DNA of 20,000 bases from an uncultured virus (IMG/VR IMGVR_UViG_3300025882_000423) (lineage: Duplodnaviria > Heunggongvirae > Uroviricota > Caudoviricetes): IMG/VR virus record IMGVR_UViG_3300025882_000423. One strand, 5' to 3'. Below the pieces are notes generated by a model. It did no database searches. It saw only the letters and a list, made by a program, of their open reading frames with translations, and was not told the origin of the DNA. Positions 6,673 to 14,453 of this stretch are shown in pieces (position 1 is the first letter of the stretch; each line of letters opens with the position of its first letter). A program made the translations under genes and the position numbers.

Positions 6673-7641
6673 CTATTTAATTGGGTGTAAGCACAGTGCT
6701 TGTGCGGCAATGGCATCAACCAGCTTGGTATCAAGCTCACGCCCTTTGCGAAACTGATTGACACTGGCGATTAAGCCTTCAACCAACATACGCGCCGAGC
6801 CTTGGCAGTAGGCCATCATGCGTTCTATCACTTCATCACTAATGTCTTCACCCGGAAAGGCGGCTTGCACCAGCGCTGCGCCATCATCTTTGGTGATTTT
6901 TCTAATCGTTTCAGGCCAAAAGCCTGTGCGGCTGCGGATTTGGTCAAACTGACCATGCTCTGGCTTAATCAAGCCGTTGAGGTATTCGGTACCACTTAAC
7001 ACCACGCCGATGTTGGCTTTGTCGCGTATGCGGCGCACGATATGCAGTTGCTTAGGCGTTAAGGTTTCAGCCTCGTCTAAAATAATCAGGCTGTCTGTGT
7101 CTTTAAGTTCTGATATCACAGCCTCTAACATCACATAGTTGGTGCCGTGAGCATCTGGCCCCAATATGCGCTTGGCAAACTCTTTTACAATGGTTTGCGG
7201 CGTCATGGTTGGGTCGGCTTCAATCATGAAGGTGTTGGGGTTTTGCTTGGCGTAGTACTTTAGGCTAAAGGTTTTGCCTAAGCCTACATAGGCGCTAATC
7301 ACGGCAAAGTTACGATTGCGGCGCGCCATTGTGCAAGCGGTTTGCACCATTTTAAAAACACTGGTTTCAACCGCTGGCAATAGATCAGTCTCTTGCTCTT
7401 CAATGTGTTTAATTGCGCTGATGATCTGCTCAATTATTTTGGTTGGGCTGGTGGCATAAGTGCCGCTTAAAATTTGGCTGATCGTGCTCACCCCAATGCG
7501 TGCCATACGTGCTAGTGCGGCTTGGCTGACGCGCTGTATATCATTCGTTGTTAATTTGCGCTCATCAAGCCAGTCTTTAACAATCTCAAGGTTTTTTAAG
7601 TCTTGGTCGGTATATTCAGTGTCTGTTTTAGGTCTTGCCAT
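6673..7641 (-). CDS. MuB-like AAA+ transposition ATPase
   Basis: N-terminal HTH (SQAALARMARIGVSTISQILSGTY), Walker A variant AYVGLGKT, Walker B LIILDEAE, R.I.D and Q..SR motifs. Directly downstream of the transposase. GGAGG RBS. Confidence 0.93.
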   Translation of the reverse strand: MARPKTDTEYTDQDLKNLEIVKDWLDERKLTTNDIQRVSQAALARMARIGVSTISQILSGTYATSPTKIIEQIISAIKHIEEQETDLLPAVETSVFKMVQTACTMARRNRNFAVISAYVGLGKTFSLKYYAKQNPNTFMIEADPTMTPQTIVKEFAKRILGPDAHGTNYVMLEAVISELKDTDSLIILDEAETLTPKQLHIVRRIRDKANIGVVLSGTEYLNGLIKPEHGQFDQIRSRTGFWPETIRKITKDDGAALVQAAFPGEDISDEVIERMMAYCQGSARMLVEGLIASVNQFRKGRELDTKLVDAIAAQALCLHPIK

Positions 7642-7655
7642 TGTTTTACCCTCCG

Positions 7656-9311
7656 TTAAATATCAGTTAAATCAAGTATCAGCGCTTCGCCGTCGTCGTC
7701 ATCTTGCTGTTGCTCTATCGCAAGCGCATTGGTTAATGCGTCAACATCAATGACGCGCCCAGCACGTGCTTTTTGTTCTGCCATTTTTTTCTCAAGGCGT
7801 TTAAGTGCGTCTTCAGCACTGGCGATGCGTTTTTCTTCAAGCCTTGTGGTATCCACAGCATCGATGCGGCCAATCAGATTTGCATCGCATATCCAGCGGC
7901 CATCAAGCGTGCGTACAATGCCGACTTCGTTCACCATTAAGTCGTACTCAAGCAGTACTTTTTCGCCATTGAATGCAATCAAATCAGGGTGACCATAGGC
8001 GCGTTTACCATGCGTTAAGCAGGCGCGGCGCACTGTTAGCTCTACCACTTGACGTTTCAGATCATGCACAGTGGCGTGCGGTGGAATTGGCACTAAATCA
8101 GCCCACAGTTGCGCACGGGTAACGTGTTTGTTTTCAGGGTGTGGGCGGTTGTGGTAGCGCTCTAGCCACTCGTTAAAAGCTTGGGTAAACTCTTGCAGGG
8201 TTGGTGGTTGTAAACGACCTGCTTTAATCTCACGCACGGTGAGCTGCTGCACTTCACTTGCCATGTCGGTACCGCAATAAAACTGCGGGCGCCATAGCTT
8301 TAAAAAGTCGTCTTTAACGATTCTAAAGAAGCGCTCAATCCAGCCCTTACCGTGCGGGTTACCGGGGATAGAGTGAATGATTTGTTGTATGCCAATGCGC
8401 TTATAGAAGCCCACTACATCATCGCTCATCAGTTTGTTTTTATAGCCCGAGCCGTTATCGATGTAGAGCATTGGTGGCACGTGGTTGTGCTGGTCGATGG
8501 CCTGCGCCCACATGTTTTGTACAGCAATCGTGCCTTCGTGCTCATCGGCACGCCATGCTACGATTTGGCGGCTGTGTAAATCCATGCCGACAGTCAATTC
8601 AGGCCGCCATAGATCACCAGTAACAGGGTGCGCTAAGTAAATGTCTGCTCTATAACCGTCAGCCACATATACATCGCCCGCCAGTGCGTTTTCTGTGCTG
8701 CGGCGTATGTAGGCTTTTTCAGTTAGGCGGTAGAGATTTTTACCAATACGTGCTGGGCTGTTGCGGCCTAGCATGGCAGGCACGCTATTAAGGTAATGGC
8801 GCACTTGGTCATAGGTGACCGCAAAATTATCAACCTCAACCAAGCGGCGATGCACTGCGCTAATGTCTGGTTTGCCCGGGTTGTTAAAGTACTCGAGCGC
8901 AGGCCCCCACCAGCTGCTTGACTCTACCACGCGGCCTTTATGATCTGGCAGTAAACCGATTAAACCTTCGGCTTTATAGTCAGCCATCCAAGCGCAGATG
9001 GTTGAGCGAGTTGGGCTGGTGCGGTCTTTTTTAGCTGTTGCCGCCATTGCGTTGGCTATGTGTACTGGCAGGCGTTTTGACTCGTTACGCTCTAACAGTA
9101 AGGCAACAGCGTTGTTTTGACTCACGCCATCTAACACCATGCTTTGCAATGTGTTGACAATAATTTCACGCTGCATTGCCACCTCACGTGCCTTGGCTGT
9201 TGATTCTTTCCAAGGGTCGCGTGCGCGCATTGCTAACACGTTATTGGTTGGCAGCACTACTTTACCGCCTGTGGGCGGGGTGACATGCATCATCATGGCC
9301 TTGGCTCCCAT
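7656..9311 (-). CDS. MuA-like DDE transposase
   Basis: Catalytic motifs YVADG, LYIDNGSGY and NPHGKGWIERFF; Y..GL.GLLP...G DNA-binding region; YHNRPH; C-terminal beta-barrel-like region. Confidence 0.95.
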   Translation of the reverse strand: MGAKAMMMHVTPPTGGKVVLPTNNVLAMRARDPWKESTAKAREVAMQREIIVNTLQSMVLDGVSQNNAVALLLERNESKRLPVHIANAMAATAKKDRTSPTRSTICAWMADYKAEGLIGLLPDHKGRVVESSSWWGPALEYFNNPGKPDISAVHRRLVEVDNFAVTYDQVRHYLNSVPAMLGRNSPARIGKNLYRLTEKAYIRRSTENALAGDVYVADGYRADIYLAHPVTGDLWRPELTVGMDLHSRQIVAWRADEHEGTIAVQNMWAQAIDQHNHVPPMLYIDNGSGYKNKLMSDDVVGFYKRIGIQQIIHSIPGNPHGKGWIERFFRIVKDDFLKLWRPQFYCGTDMASEVQQLTVREIKAGRLQPPTLQEFTQAFNEWLERYHNRPHPENKHVTRAQLWADLVPIPPHATVHDLKRQVVELTVRRACLTHGKRAYGHPDLIAFNGEKVLLEYDLMVNEVGIVRTLDGRWICDANLIGRIDAVDTTRLEEKRIASAEDALKRLEKKMAEQKARAGRVIDVDALTNALAIEQQQDDDDGEALILDLTDI

Positions 9312-9313
9312 TT

Positions 9314-10405
9314 TTACTCAGCCTTGGCTTTAGCTGGGCGACCACGACCACGTGGCTGGTCTGCATCACGTTTAATTTGACGTGCTGCCTCGGCAGCGCC
9401 GTGTGCGTTTTTGAGTGACTCAAAATCAAGCTGCCATCTTTCAGCCTCTGCAGGTGTTAGCACATGCTGGCCTTGTACGCGCTCTGGTAACTCTGGCGCG
9501 CGATTTCGCATAGCTTCTATGATGCTTAAACCTTTTGATACAGCTACACAGGTGGCGATATAGACTTGCTCAATACATAAATTCACTTCAAGAAATGTTG
9601 CTTGCACAAAAGATGATTCAAACAGCTGTTGAAGACTTTTTAAATTGAGTTCAACGCCTGCTTGTAAAACCATAGACTCTTGACGACAATCTTCGGTGAA
9701 GCGGTCAAACTGGGTGATGCGTTGCTGTTTTGAAAGGCGCTCAATTAGCATTTCTTGGCGCTCAATTTCGGCATCCATATTTTTGGTGCGTCTGCCGCTA
9801 GCTTCTAAATCTGCCTCAAGGTTGGTAACTTTTTCATTGAGTTCGGCTTTGTCTTTTTGATGTTTTGATACGATTCCATCTACTAAATCAATCAACTCAT
9901 CTTTGTTGCCAGAATTAGCAACTTGCTCAATCATTGCTCTATCTGTATCAGATACCTGTCTAATTGACCGCATGGTGGATGGGCCTATGCCAATTTTCCG
10001 CAAAGCATCGAACGTAGGCTGACCGAGTGACTCTAGATTTAGAATTTCTAAATCAATTGTTTTGTTGCTGCGACCTTCACAGTACTGACAAAAATCTGAC
10101 CAACTGCTAACCGTTAGCAGTTTTCCATCTACGATTAACTGAGCACCCTTATAAGCTTTGGTTTCCTTAATGTTAATTAGGTCTATTAAATCGCTAACCG
10201 TTAGCAATTTTGTTACTGCGTCAATCACAGATTTTCGCCCAATACGCTGATTAATTAGCGCCGTTGCTTCATGTGTAGAGTGCTCTACATCTAAACCAAG
10301 CGCGTCTTCATTAGAAGGGATGGCTACAGCTTTTTTTAATTTATTTGGTAGGCCATTTGTTTGGCTGGATAAGTTAATTAAATCTAAATCGATTTCATTA
10401 GTCAT
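9314..10405 (-). CDS. Conserved coiled-coil early protein upstream of the transposase, with a C-terminal AT-hook-like motif
   Basis: Start probably ATG 10405 (GAGG upstream). SW..FC motif, central coiled coil, and C-terminal QPRGRGRPAK. Typical position between ner and A in B3/BcepMu-type phages. Confidence 0.85.
   Translation of the reverse strand: MTNEIDLDLINLSSQTNGLPNKLKKAVAIPSNEDALGLDVEHSTHEATALINQRIGRKSVIDAVTKLLTVSDLIDLINIKETKAYKGAQLIVDGKLLTVSSWSDFCQYCEGRSNKTIDLEILNLESLGQPTFDALRKIGIGPSTMRSIRQVSDTDRAMIEQVANSGNKDELIDLVDGIVSKHQKDKAELNEKVTNLEADLEASGRRTKNMDAEIERQEMLIERLSKQQRITQFDRFTEDCRQESMVLQAGVELNLKSLQQLFESSFVQATFLEVNLCIEQVYIATCVAVSKGLSIIEAMRNRAPELPERVQGQHVLTPAEAERWQLDFESLKNAHGAAEAARQIKRDADQPRGRGRPAKAKAE
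10102..10122. repeat. Intragenic 21-bp palindrome (copy 1)
   Basis: AACTGCTAAC-C-GTTAGCAGTT, a perfect 10-1-10 dyad. Confidence 0.85.
10188..10210. repeat. Intragenic palindrome (copy 2)
   Basis: AAATc-GCTAAC-C-GTTAGC-aATTT; shares the 13-bp core GCTAACCGTTAGC with copy 1. Confidence 0.8.
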
Positions 10406-10562
10406 GATTAACCTCAAGACGTGAAATTTTTTTAATAAACATAGATTTAGAAATTAGAAATACCTCTTCTAAATATTTTCTATCTTTGGAAGATAGTTTT
10501 TCTTCAGGTACGCCACATTCTTTACATGCAGCAGTAATCATGGGGTTTAATAATTCATCCAT
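10398..10562 (-). CDS. Hypothetical 54-aa AT-rich protein
   Basis: MDELLNPMITAACKECGVPEEKLSSKDRKYLEEVFLISKSMFIKKISRLEVNHD*. Starts 2 nt after the ner-like stop, with GAGG upstream, and overlaps the next ATG by 8 nt. Not in the ORF track. Confidence 0.65.
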   Translation of the reverse strand: MDELLNPMITAACKECGVPEEKLSSKDRKYLEEVFLISKSMFIKKISRLEVNHD

Positions 10563-10564
10563 AA

Positions 10565-10759
10565 TTAAGCCGCCTCTTTAATGCCAAGCGCGACAGCTGC
10601 TTTGTGTGCTTTACCGAAGTTACCGTGGTTTCGACCATTCAATACTGCTACTACTGTTGGGTAGTCACAGCCAATGTCTTTAGCGATCTCTTTAAAGGTT
10701 TTACCTTGTTTTAAAATATGGGCTTTTGCCTCTTGTGGAGTGAGTAATTTTGGTGTCAT
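10565..10759 (-). CDS. Ner/Cro-like DNA-binding protein (BcepMu gp16-like family)
   Basis: LTP.EAKA.....G.T...IA...G.....V..VLNG...G.FGKAH.AAVALG.K. First gene of the early operon, divergent from the repressor. Confidence 0.88.
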   Translation of the reverse strand: MTPKLLTPQEAKAHILKQGKTFKEIAKDIGCDYPTVVAVLNGRNHGNFGKAHKAAVALGIKEAA

Positions 10760-10810
10760 AATGAATACCCTTTTTTATTAAATCTGAACATAAATTATCA
10801 AAGTGTTCAC

Positions 10811-10839
10811 ATTATGATAACTCAAGTTCTCTTTGTCAA
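10811..10839 (-). promoter_or_regulatory. Early lytic promoter (sigma70 type)
   Basis: Minus strand TTGACA (10839-10834), 17 nt, CATAAT (10816-10811). Its spacer contains an imperfect dyad GATAACT-CA-AGTTCTC that may be an operator. Confidence 0.8.
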
Positions 10840-10848
10840 GAGGTTTAT

Positions 10849-11313
10849 ATGAATATTGATTCTCAATTTGGCGAACGCCTTAAAATAGAGCGAAAAAGAT
10901 TGAACTATAGCCAGCAAGCCGCAGCTGATTTGGTTGGAGTTAGCCGTGAAATGTGGGGTAAATATGAGCGCGGCTCTAAGCCTGGTGCAGATGTTATAAA
11001 GAAGATGAGCGTATCTGGCTTTAATGTTCAATATTTACTCGTTGGCGAACATACCTTGGCGGTTGAAATATCGGTCGAGGAAATAGAGCTGCTGGATAAA
11101 TTTAGATTAAGTCCAATACAGGCGCAGGCAGCAGTATTAAATCTATTGGACATTACATCCAAGAGAGAACAAAAGTTAACATCAACTGAGAATGTATATG
11201 AAGCTGCAAATAACCACTCGAACTTAATAGCCGCTCAAAAAAGAGCTAAATATGGAGATGACGAACCTATTGTTTTGGATTTAAATAATCCGTCTTTGGG
11301 AGGTAAAAAATGA
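10849..11313 (+). CDS. Prophage repressor (XRE-family HTH)
   Basis: FGERLKIERKRLNYSQQAAADLVGVSREMWGKYERGSKPG...G.NVQYLL.G, then EE.ELL..FR. Divergent from the ner-like gene, with GAGG RBS. Confidence 0.9.
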   Translation: MNIDSQFGERLKIERKRLNYSQQAAADLVGVSREMWGKYERGSKPGADVIKKMSVSGFNVQYLLVGEHTLAVEISVEEIELLDKFRLSPIQAQAAVLNLLDITSKREQKLTSTENVYEAANNHSNLIAAQKRAKYGDDEPIVLDLNNPSLGGKK

Positions 11314-11714
11314 AATATTCAATTCTATTGATTACATTGGCCTTAATATCGCCAACTTCCTATGCGGAACCAACAAAGGCAAAGGCTGAAAAGTGGCGTA
11401 CAGAGTTCAGAGCAGCAAAAGATAAAGTATTTGACGCATTATTTATCACTAAAACTAGCGAACATCAAAATCTCACTAAAAAACTAAATCAGCTTAATGC
11501 GCAAGCAGAAAAACTATTCGGTAAGCCGATGACTTCGGAATTAGCGAGCTGTACTATTGCCGCGATAGACTTAAAAGGTGTGTGGCAGCATATAGCAGAA
11601 ATAGGCCGCACTGGACAGTTGGATAAAATGGTGCCGTCAGGGATAGCTTATGCGGCATGGAATGGTGGAGAGCATTATCCAGAATGCTTAGATGCAATGG
11701 ACAAACTAAAATAG
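11310..11714 (+). CDS. Secreted/periplasmic hypothetical protein (moron-like)
   Basis: Sec signal peptide MKYSILLITLALISPTSYA|EP and two Cys. GGAGG RBS and ATGA coupling to the repressor. Confidence 0.8.
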   Translation: MKYSILLITLALISPTSYAEPTKAKAEKWRTEFRAAKDKVFDALFITKTSEHQNLTKKLNQLNAQAEKLFGKPMTSELASCTIAAIDLKGVWQHIAEIGRTGQLDKMVPSGIAYAAWNGGEHYPECLDAMDKLK

Positions 11715-11780
11715 GCGCTTTGACTCTCTAGGGGTTCCGGCGCTCAGGCTTCATTAAGCACCAGTTAAACCGCTAATATA

Positions 11781-11830
11781 CACCGCGAAACATTTCGCGC
11801 CTCATTAAATCTCACGCGCGCGCGTAAGCT
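11781..11830 (+). promoter_or_regulatory. Activator-dependent late promoter for the lysis/packaging operon
   Basis: CACCGCGAAACATTTCGC (11781-11798; dyad CGCGAAA-CA-TTTCGCG), 26 nt, TAAGCT (11825-11830). Mirrors the element at 1671-1720. Confidence 0.75.
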
Positions 11831-11861
11831 CTTATCATCTTAACGATGATTGGAGCTTGCA

Positions 11862-12227
11862 ATGTTTGACTTTATTACCCGTTTTAGTTTTAAACTCCCA
11901 CGCCTTTTTGGCTTGCTGTTGCTCAATGTAGTTCTTATTTGCATTGTGCTGGCATTTTCGCCACAGCAGTTACCCGTCACTCTTTATAAGTTATCTCTGG
12001 TCACGCTGGCAGGCTTTGCTGGCTATTGGCTAGATCGTGCGCTATTCCCTTATGCTCGCCCTGATGACTTTGTGGTGTATCTGCAAGAGGTCAGCACATT
12101 CAGCCCCGATAACCATTATCAAAAAGTACGTGTTAAGTCTGATTATCAATGGGCGTTTTGCGTGAGCATGTTACGGCGTGCCATTGTGGTGGGCGCTGCG
12201 ATGTTATCTTTAGGCTTAGGTGCTTAA
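11862..12227 (+). CDS. Putative holin (2-3 TM family found in Mu-like phages)
   Basis: PRL...L, SPQQLPV.LYKLSLV.LA...GYWLDR.LFPYARP, RRAIVV.A.ML...LG. ATG 11862 after GGAG. Precedes the endolysin. Confidence 0.85.
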   Translation: MFDFITRFSFKLPRLFGLLLLNVVLICIVLAFSPQQLPVTLYKLSLVTLAGFAGYWLDRALFPYARPDDFVVYLQEVSTFSPDNHYQKVRVKSDYQWAFCVSMLRRAIVVGAAMLSLGLGA

Positions 12228-12864
12228 CATGCTTAGCAGAAGTGATATTCGCTATGTGATTGCATGGCTCATATTTATTGTTTGCGTTACCTACTATATG
12301 AGCGAGGCAGAGGCAGACCCTCTGCCAGCTAACGCAATTAAATACCGCGCTACGCTCACTCGTGAGGCACAACAGGTTTGGGGTTTAAATGCTCCAGTGC
12401 CAGTGTTTGCCGCGCAAATTCAGCAAGAGAGCGCATGGCGTACCGATGCGCTAAGCCGCGTGGGTGCGCAAGGCATGGCGCAATTTATGCCTGCTACTGC
12501 TAAGTGGTGGTGTGATCTCAATAAGCTTAGCCTGCTAGATTGCCAACCCAATAACCCACAGTGGGCGATGCGCGCACTGGTTGGCTATGATAAGTGGCTG
12601 CATGACCGCGTGTGGGGTGATAGCGAATATGATCGCCTACATGCTGCATTGCGCGGCTACAACGGTGGCCTAGGCCATTGGATGCGCGAAGCTGCAGTAG
12701 CGCAATCACGCAAGCGCACGCTAATAGATGCTGCCTGTGGCAAGGCACGCAGGCATATTATCCACTGCAAAGAAAACCTAAGCTACCCCAAACGCATTTT
12801 AAATGTGTATCAACCGCGCTATTACGGCTGGGGTAGAGCTGTGATGATGACAGGAGGTGTGTAA
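12220..12864 (+). CDS. Endolysin, soluble lytic transglycosylase (SLT) type, with N-terminal hydrophobic segment
   Basis: QIQQES (catalytic Glu), GAQGMAQFMPAT, AL.GYNGG and EN..YP..I motifs. Start is GTG 12220 or ATG 12229. Confidence 0.92.
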   Translation: MLNMLSRSDIRYVIAWLIFIVCVTYYMSEAEADPLPANAIKYRATLTREAQQVWGLNAPVPVFAAQIQQESAWRTDALSRVGAQGMAQFMPATAKWWCDLNKLSLLDCQPNNPQWAMRALVGYDKWLHDRVWGDSEYDRLHAALRGYNGGLGHWMREAAVAQSRKRTLIDAACGKARRHIIHCKENLSYPKRILNVYQPRYYGWGRAVMMTGGV

Positions 12865-13095
12865 ATGGCTGAAGATACGCAAACCGCTGTGGCCGTGACG
12901 CCACCAACCAAGCCTTGGTATAAAAGCCGCACGATATGGTTTAACGTGATTGTGGCGATACTCATTGCGCTAGAAACTGCTTTGCACATTGTGCAGCCGT
13001 TTATTCCCGGCAATATTTACGCCTGGTCTTTATTGCTTTTAATCATTGTTAATGCTGGCCTGCGCATTATTACCAGCCAAGGCTTAACGCTATGA
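12865..13095 (+). CDS. Small 2-TM membrane protein, second holin-like gene
   Basis: KPWYKSRTIWFN followed by two hydrophobic helices and N..LR..T.Q. AGGAGG RBS. Lies within the lysis cassette. Confidence 0.75.
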   Translation: MAEDTQTAVAVTPPTKPWYKSRTIWFNVIVAILIALETALHIVQPFIPGNIYAWSLLLLIIVNAGLRIITSQGLTL

Positions 13096-13643
13096 AATAC
13101 ATCATTCCACCTTGGGTTAAGCTGCTCGTCATTGTTGGCATTATCGCTGGTTTTGCATTGTATTTTTACCAAGCTGGCGTTAAGCACGAGCGCACTAAGT
13201 GGCAATCTAGCCAACATTTAGCCTTAATAGCAGCAGCTGAAGAAACCACCAAGCTAGAAGCCGCCAACCGCAAGCTAGAGCGCGATATGGCAAGCCAAGC
13301 CGCCCAATTATCCAACTTTTATAAAGGCCAACTCAATGAAAAACTTGCCCAAAAAGAGCGTGTTATTGTTAGTTTGCGCGCTGGCGCTCAGCGCTTGTCA
13401 ATCCCAACCCGTGGCGGTCAAAACTGTGCCAGTGCAAATAGCAGTCAACCCGCCAATAGACCCAGCATTGCTGAAACACCGCGAGCCGAACTTTCTGATA
13501 CGGCTGGTGAATTTCTTGTCGGACTCACCACCGAAGCCGACGAAGTAGTGATTGAAAGTAACCACGTTAAAGATTTACTCGCGCAATGTCGTGCGCAAAA
13601 CCAACAACAACAACGCATTGAAGGGCTGCAAAATGGCAACTGA
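13092..13643 (+). CDS. Rz-like inner-membrane spanin
   Basis: N-terminal TM, periplasmic coiled coil, LR.G..RLSI, RAEL.......L..L..EAD motif and a C-terminal Cys. Confidence 0.88.
   Translation: MKYIIPPWVKLLVIVGIIAGFALYFYQAGVKHERTKWQSSQHLALIAAAEETTKLEAANRKLERDMASQAAQLSNFYKGQLNEKLAQKERVIVSLRAGAQRLSIPTRGGQNCASANSSQPANRPSIAETPRAELSDTAGEFLVGLTTEADEVVIESNHVKDLLAQCRAQNQQQQRIEGLQNGN
13336..13548 (+). CDS. Rz1-like outer-membrane lipoprotein spanin, fully embedded in Rz
   Basis: Signal peptide with lipobox LSA|C and a Pro-rich mature part, nested in the +1 frame of Rz. Confidence 0.85.
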   Translation: MKNLPKKSVLLLVCALALSACQSQPVAVKTVPVQIAVNPPIDPALLKHREPNFLIRLVNFLSDSPPKPTK

Positions 13644-13959
13644 AGACGATTTAAAAGAAGTGATTAAAGGGTTTGGTGAGCTGACAGGCAAGATGGATTT
13701 TATTCATTCGAGCATTACCGAAAACTTTAGAACCATGCGTGAAGATATGCGCCGCATGGAAGACGCCAATAAAGCTAATATGCAACACCTTGAAGACCGC
13801 CTCAATACCAAGGTGGATAGCTTGGGTAAGCGCGTGGCCAGCCTTGAAAGCGCTGAAAAAGACAATATTAAGCTTACCGCTAAGCACAGTGTTGGCTTGG
13901 CTGCGGTTGGCAGCGCAATAACTTATGGCTTTGTAGAACTCTTGAAACGGTTGCACTAA
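13633..13959 (+). CDS. Coiled-coil protein with C-terminal hydrophobic segment (108 aa)
   Basis: Likely start MATEDD at ATG 13633, overlapping the Rz end. TAATG coupling to the small terminase. Confidence 0.75.
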   Translation: MATEDDLKEVIKGFGELTGKMDFIHSSITENFRTMREDMRRMEDANKANMQHLEDRLNTKVDSLGKRVASLESAEKDNIKLTAKHSVGLAAVGSAITYGFVELLKRLH

Positions 13960-14453
13960 TGGCACATAACCAGCAAACCCGCGATAACGTAAGGCGACTT
14001 TATATTGAAGGTATGCCTCTGAGCGGTGCCTCTGTCACCACAGGGGTGAGCTATGAAACTGCGCGCGATTGGAAAGCAAAAGCTAAATCAAACGGTGATG
14101 ACTGGGATACTGCACGCACAGCGTATTTAGTGAGTGAGCAAGGCGTTGATGAGTTGATGAAGACGCTCATCGAGCAAATGATGCGCCAAGCCGTGACTAC
14201 TATGCGCGAAATTGAAAATGCGCAAATGAGTGCGCAAACTAAGGTTGAGCTGCAAGCGCAGCTAAGTGATGCCGTTTCAAAATTCAGTAAGTCAATGAGC
14301 CGCATTAACCCTAAACTTGGTGCGCTGAGTGTGAGCTTAGACACACTTAAAACTATTGCGGATTACCTCGCTAAAAACGATAAAACTGCGCTGGCACAAT
14401 TTCAAGAGCACCTAGAGGGCATTGGTGCCGTATTACAGGCACGCTATGGCTGA
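13959..14453 (+). CDS. Terminase small subunit candidate (DUF1804 family)
   Basis: MAH....R..VR..Y....L..A....GVS..TAR.WK..AK..GDDWD.AR.A HTH pattern. Directly upstream of the large terminase. Confidence 0.85.
   Translation: MAHNQQTRDNVRRLYIEGMPLSGASVTTGVSYETARDWKAKAKSNGDDWDTARTAYLVSEQGVDELMKTLIEQMMRQAVTTMREIENAQMSAQTKVELQAQLSDAVSKFSKSMSRINPKLGALSVSLDTLKTIADYLAKNDKTALAQFQEHLEGIGAVLQARYG

Noticed and set aside
6543..6764. N-terminal extension of the 136-aa ORF 6354..6764
   Set aside because: Overlaps B. A better-supported 40-aa gene occupies another frame, and a strong RBS precedes ATG 6542.
4059..9333. Numerous + strand ORFs opposite the early operon (e.g. 4059..4454, 4898..5356, 7460..7753, 7729..7992)
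   Set aside because: Antisense shadows of tightly coupled - strand genes.
10822..11031. 69-aa - strand ORF opposite the repressor
   Set aside because: Antisense to the HTH coding region and runs into the early promoter.
11716..11744. Possible terminator hairpin after the secreted-protein gene
   Set aside because: The stem is weak and interrupted, and no U-tract follows.
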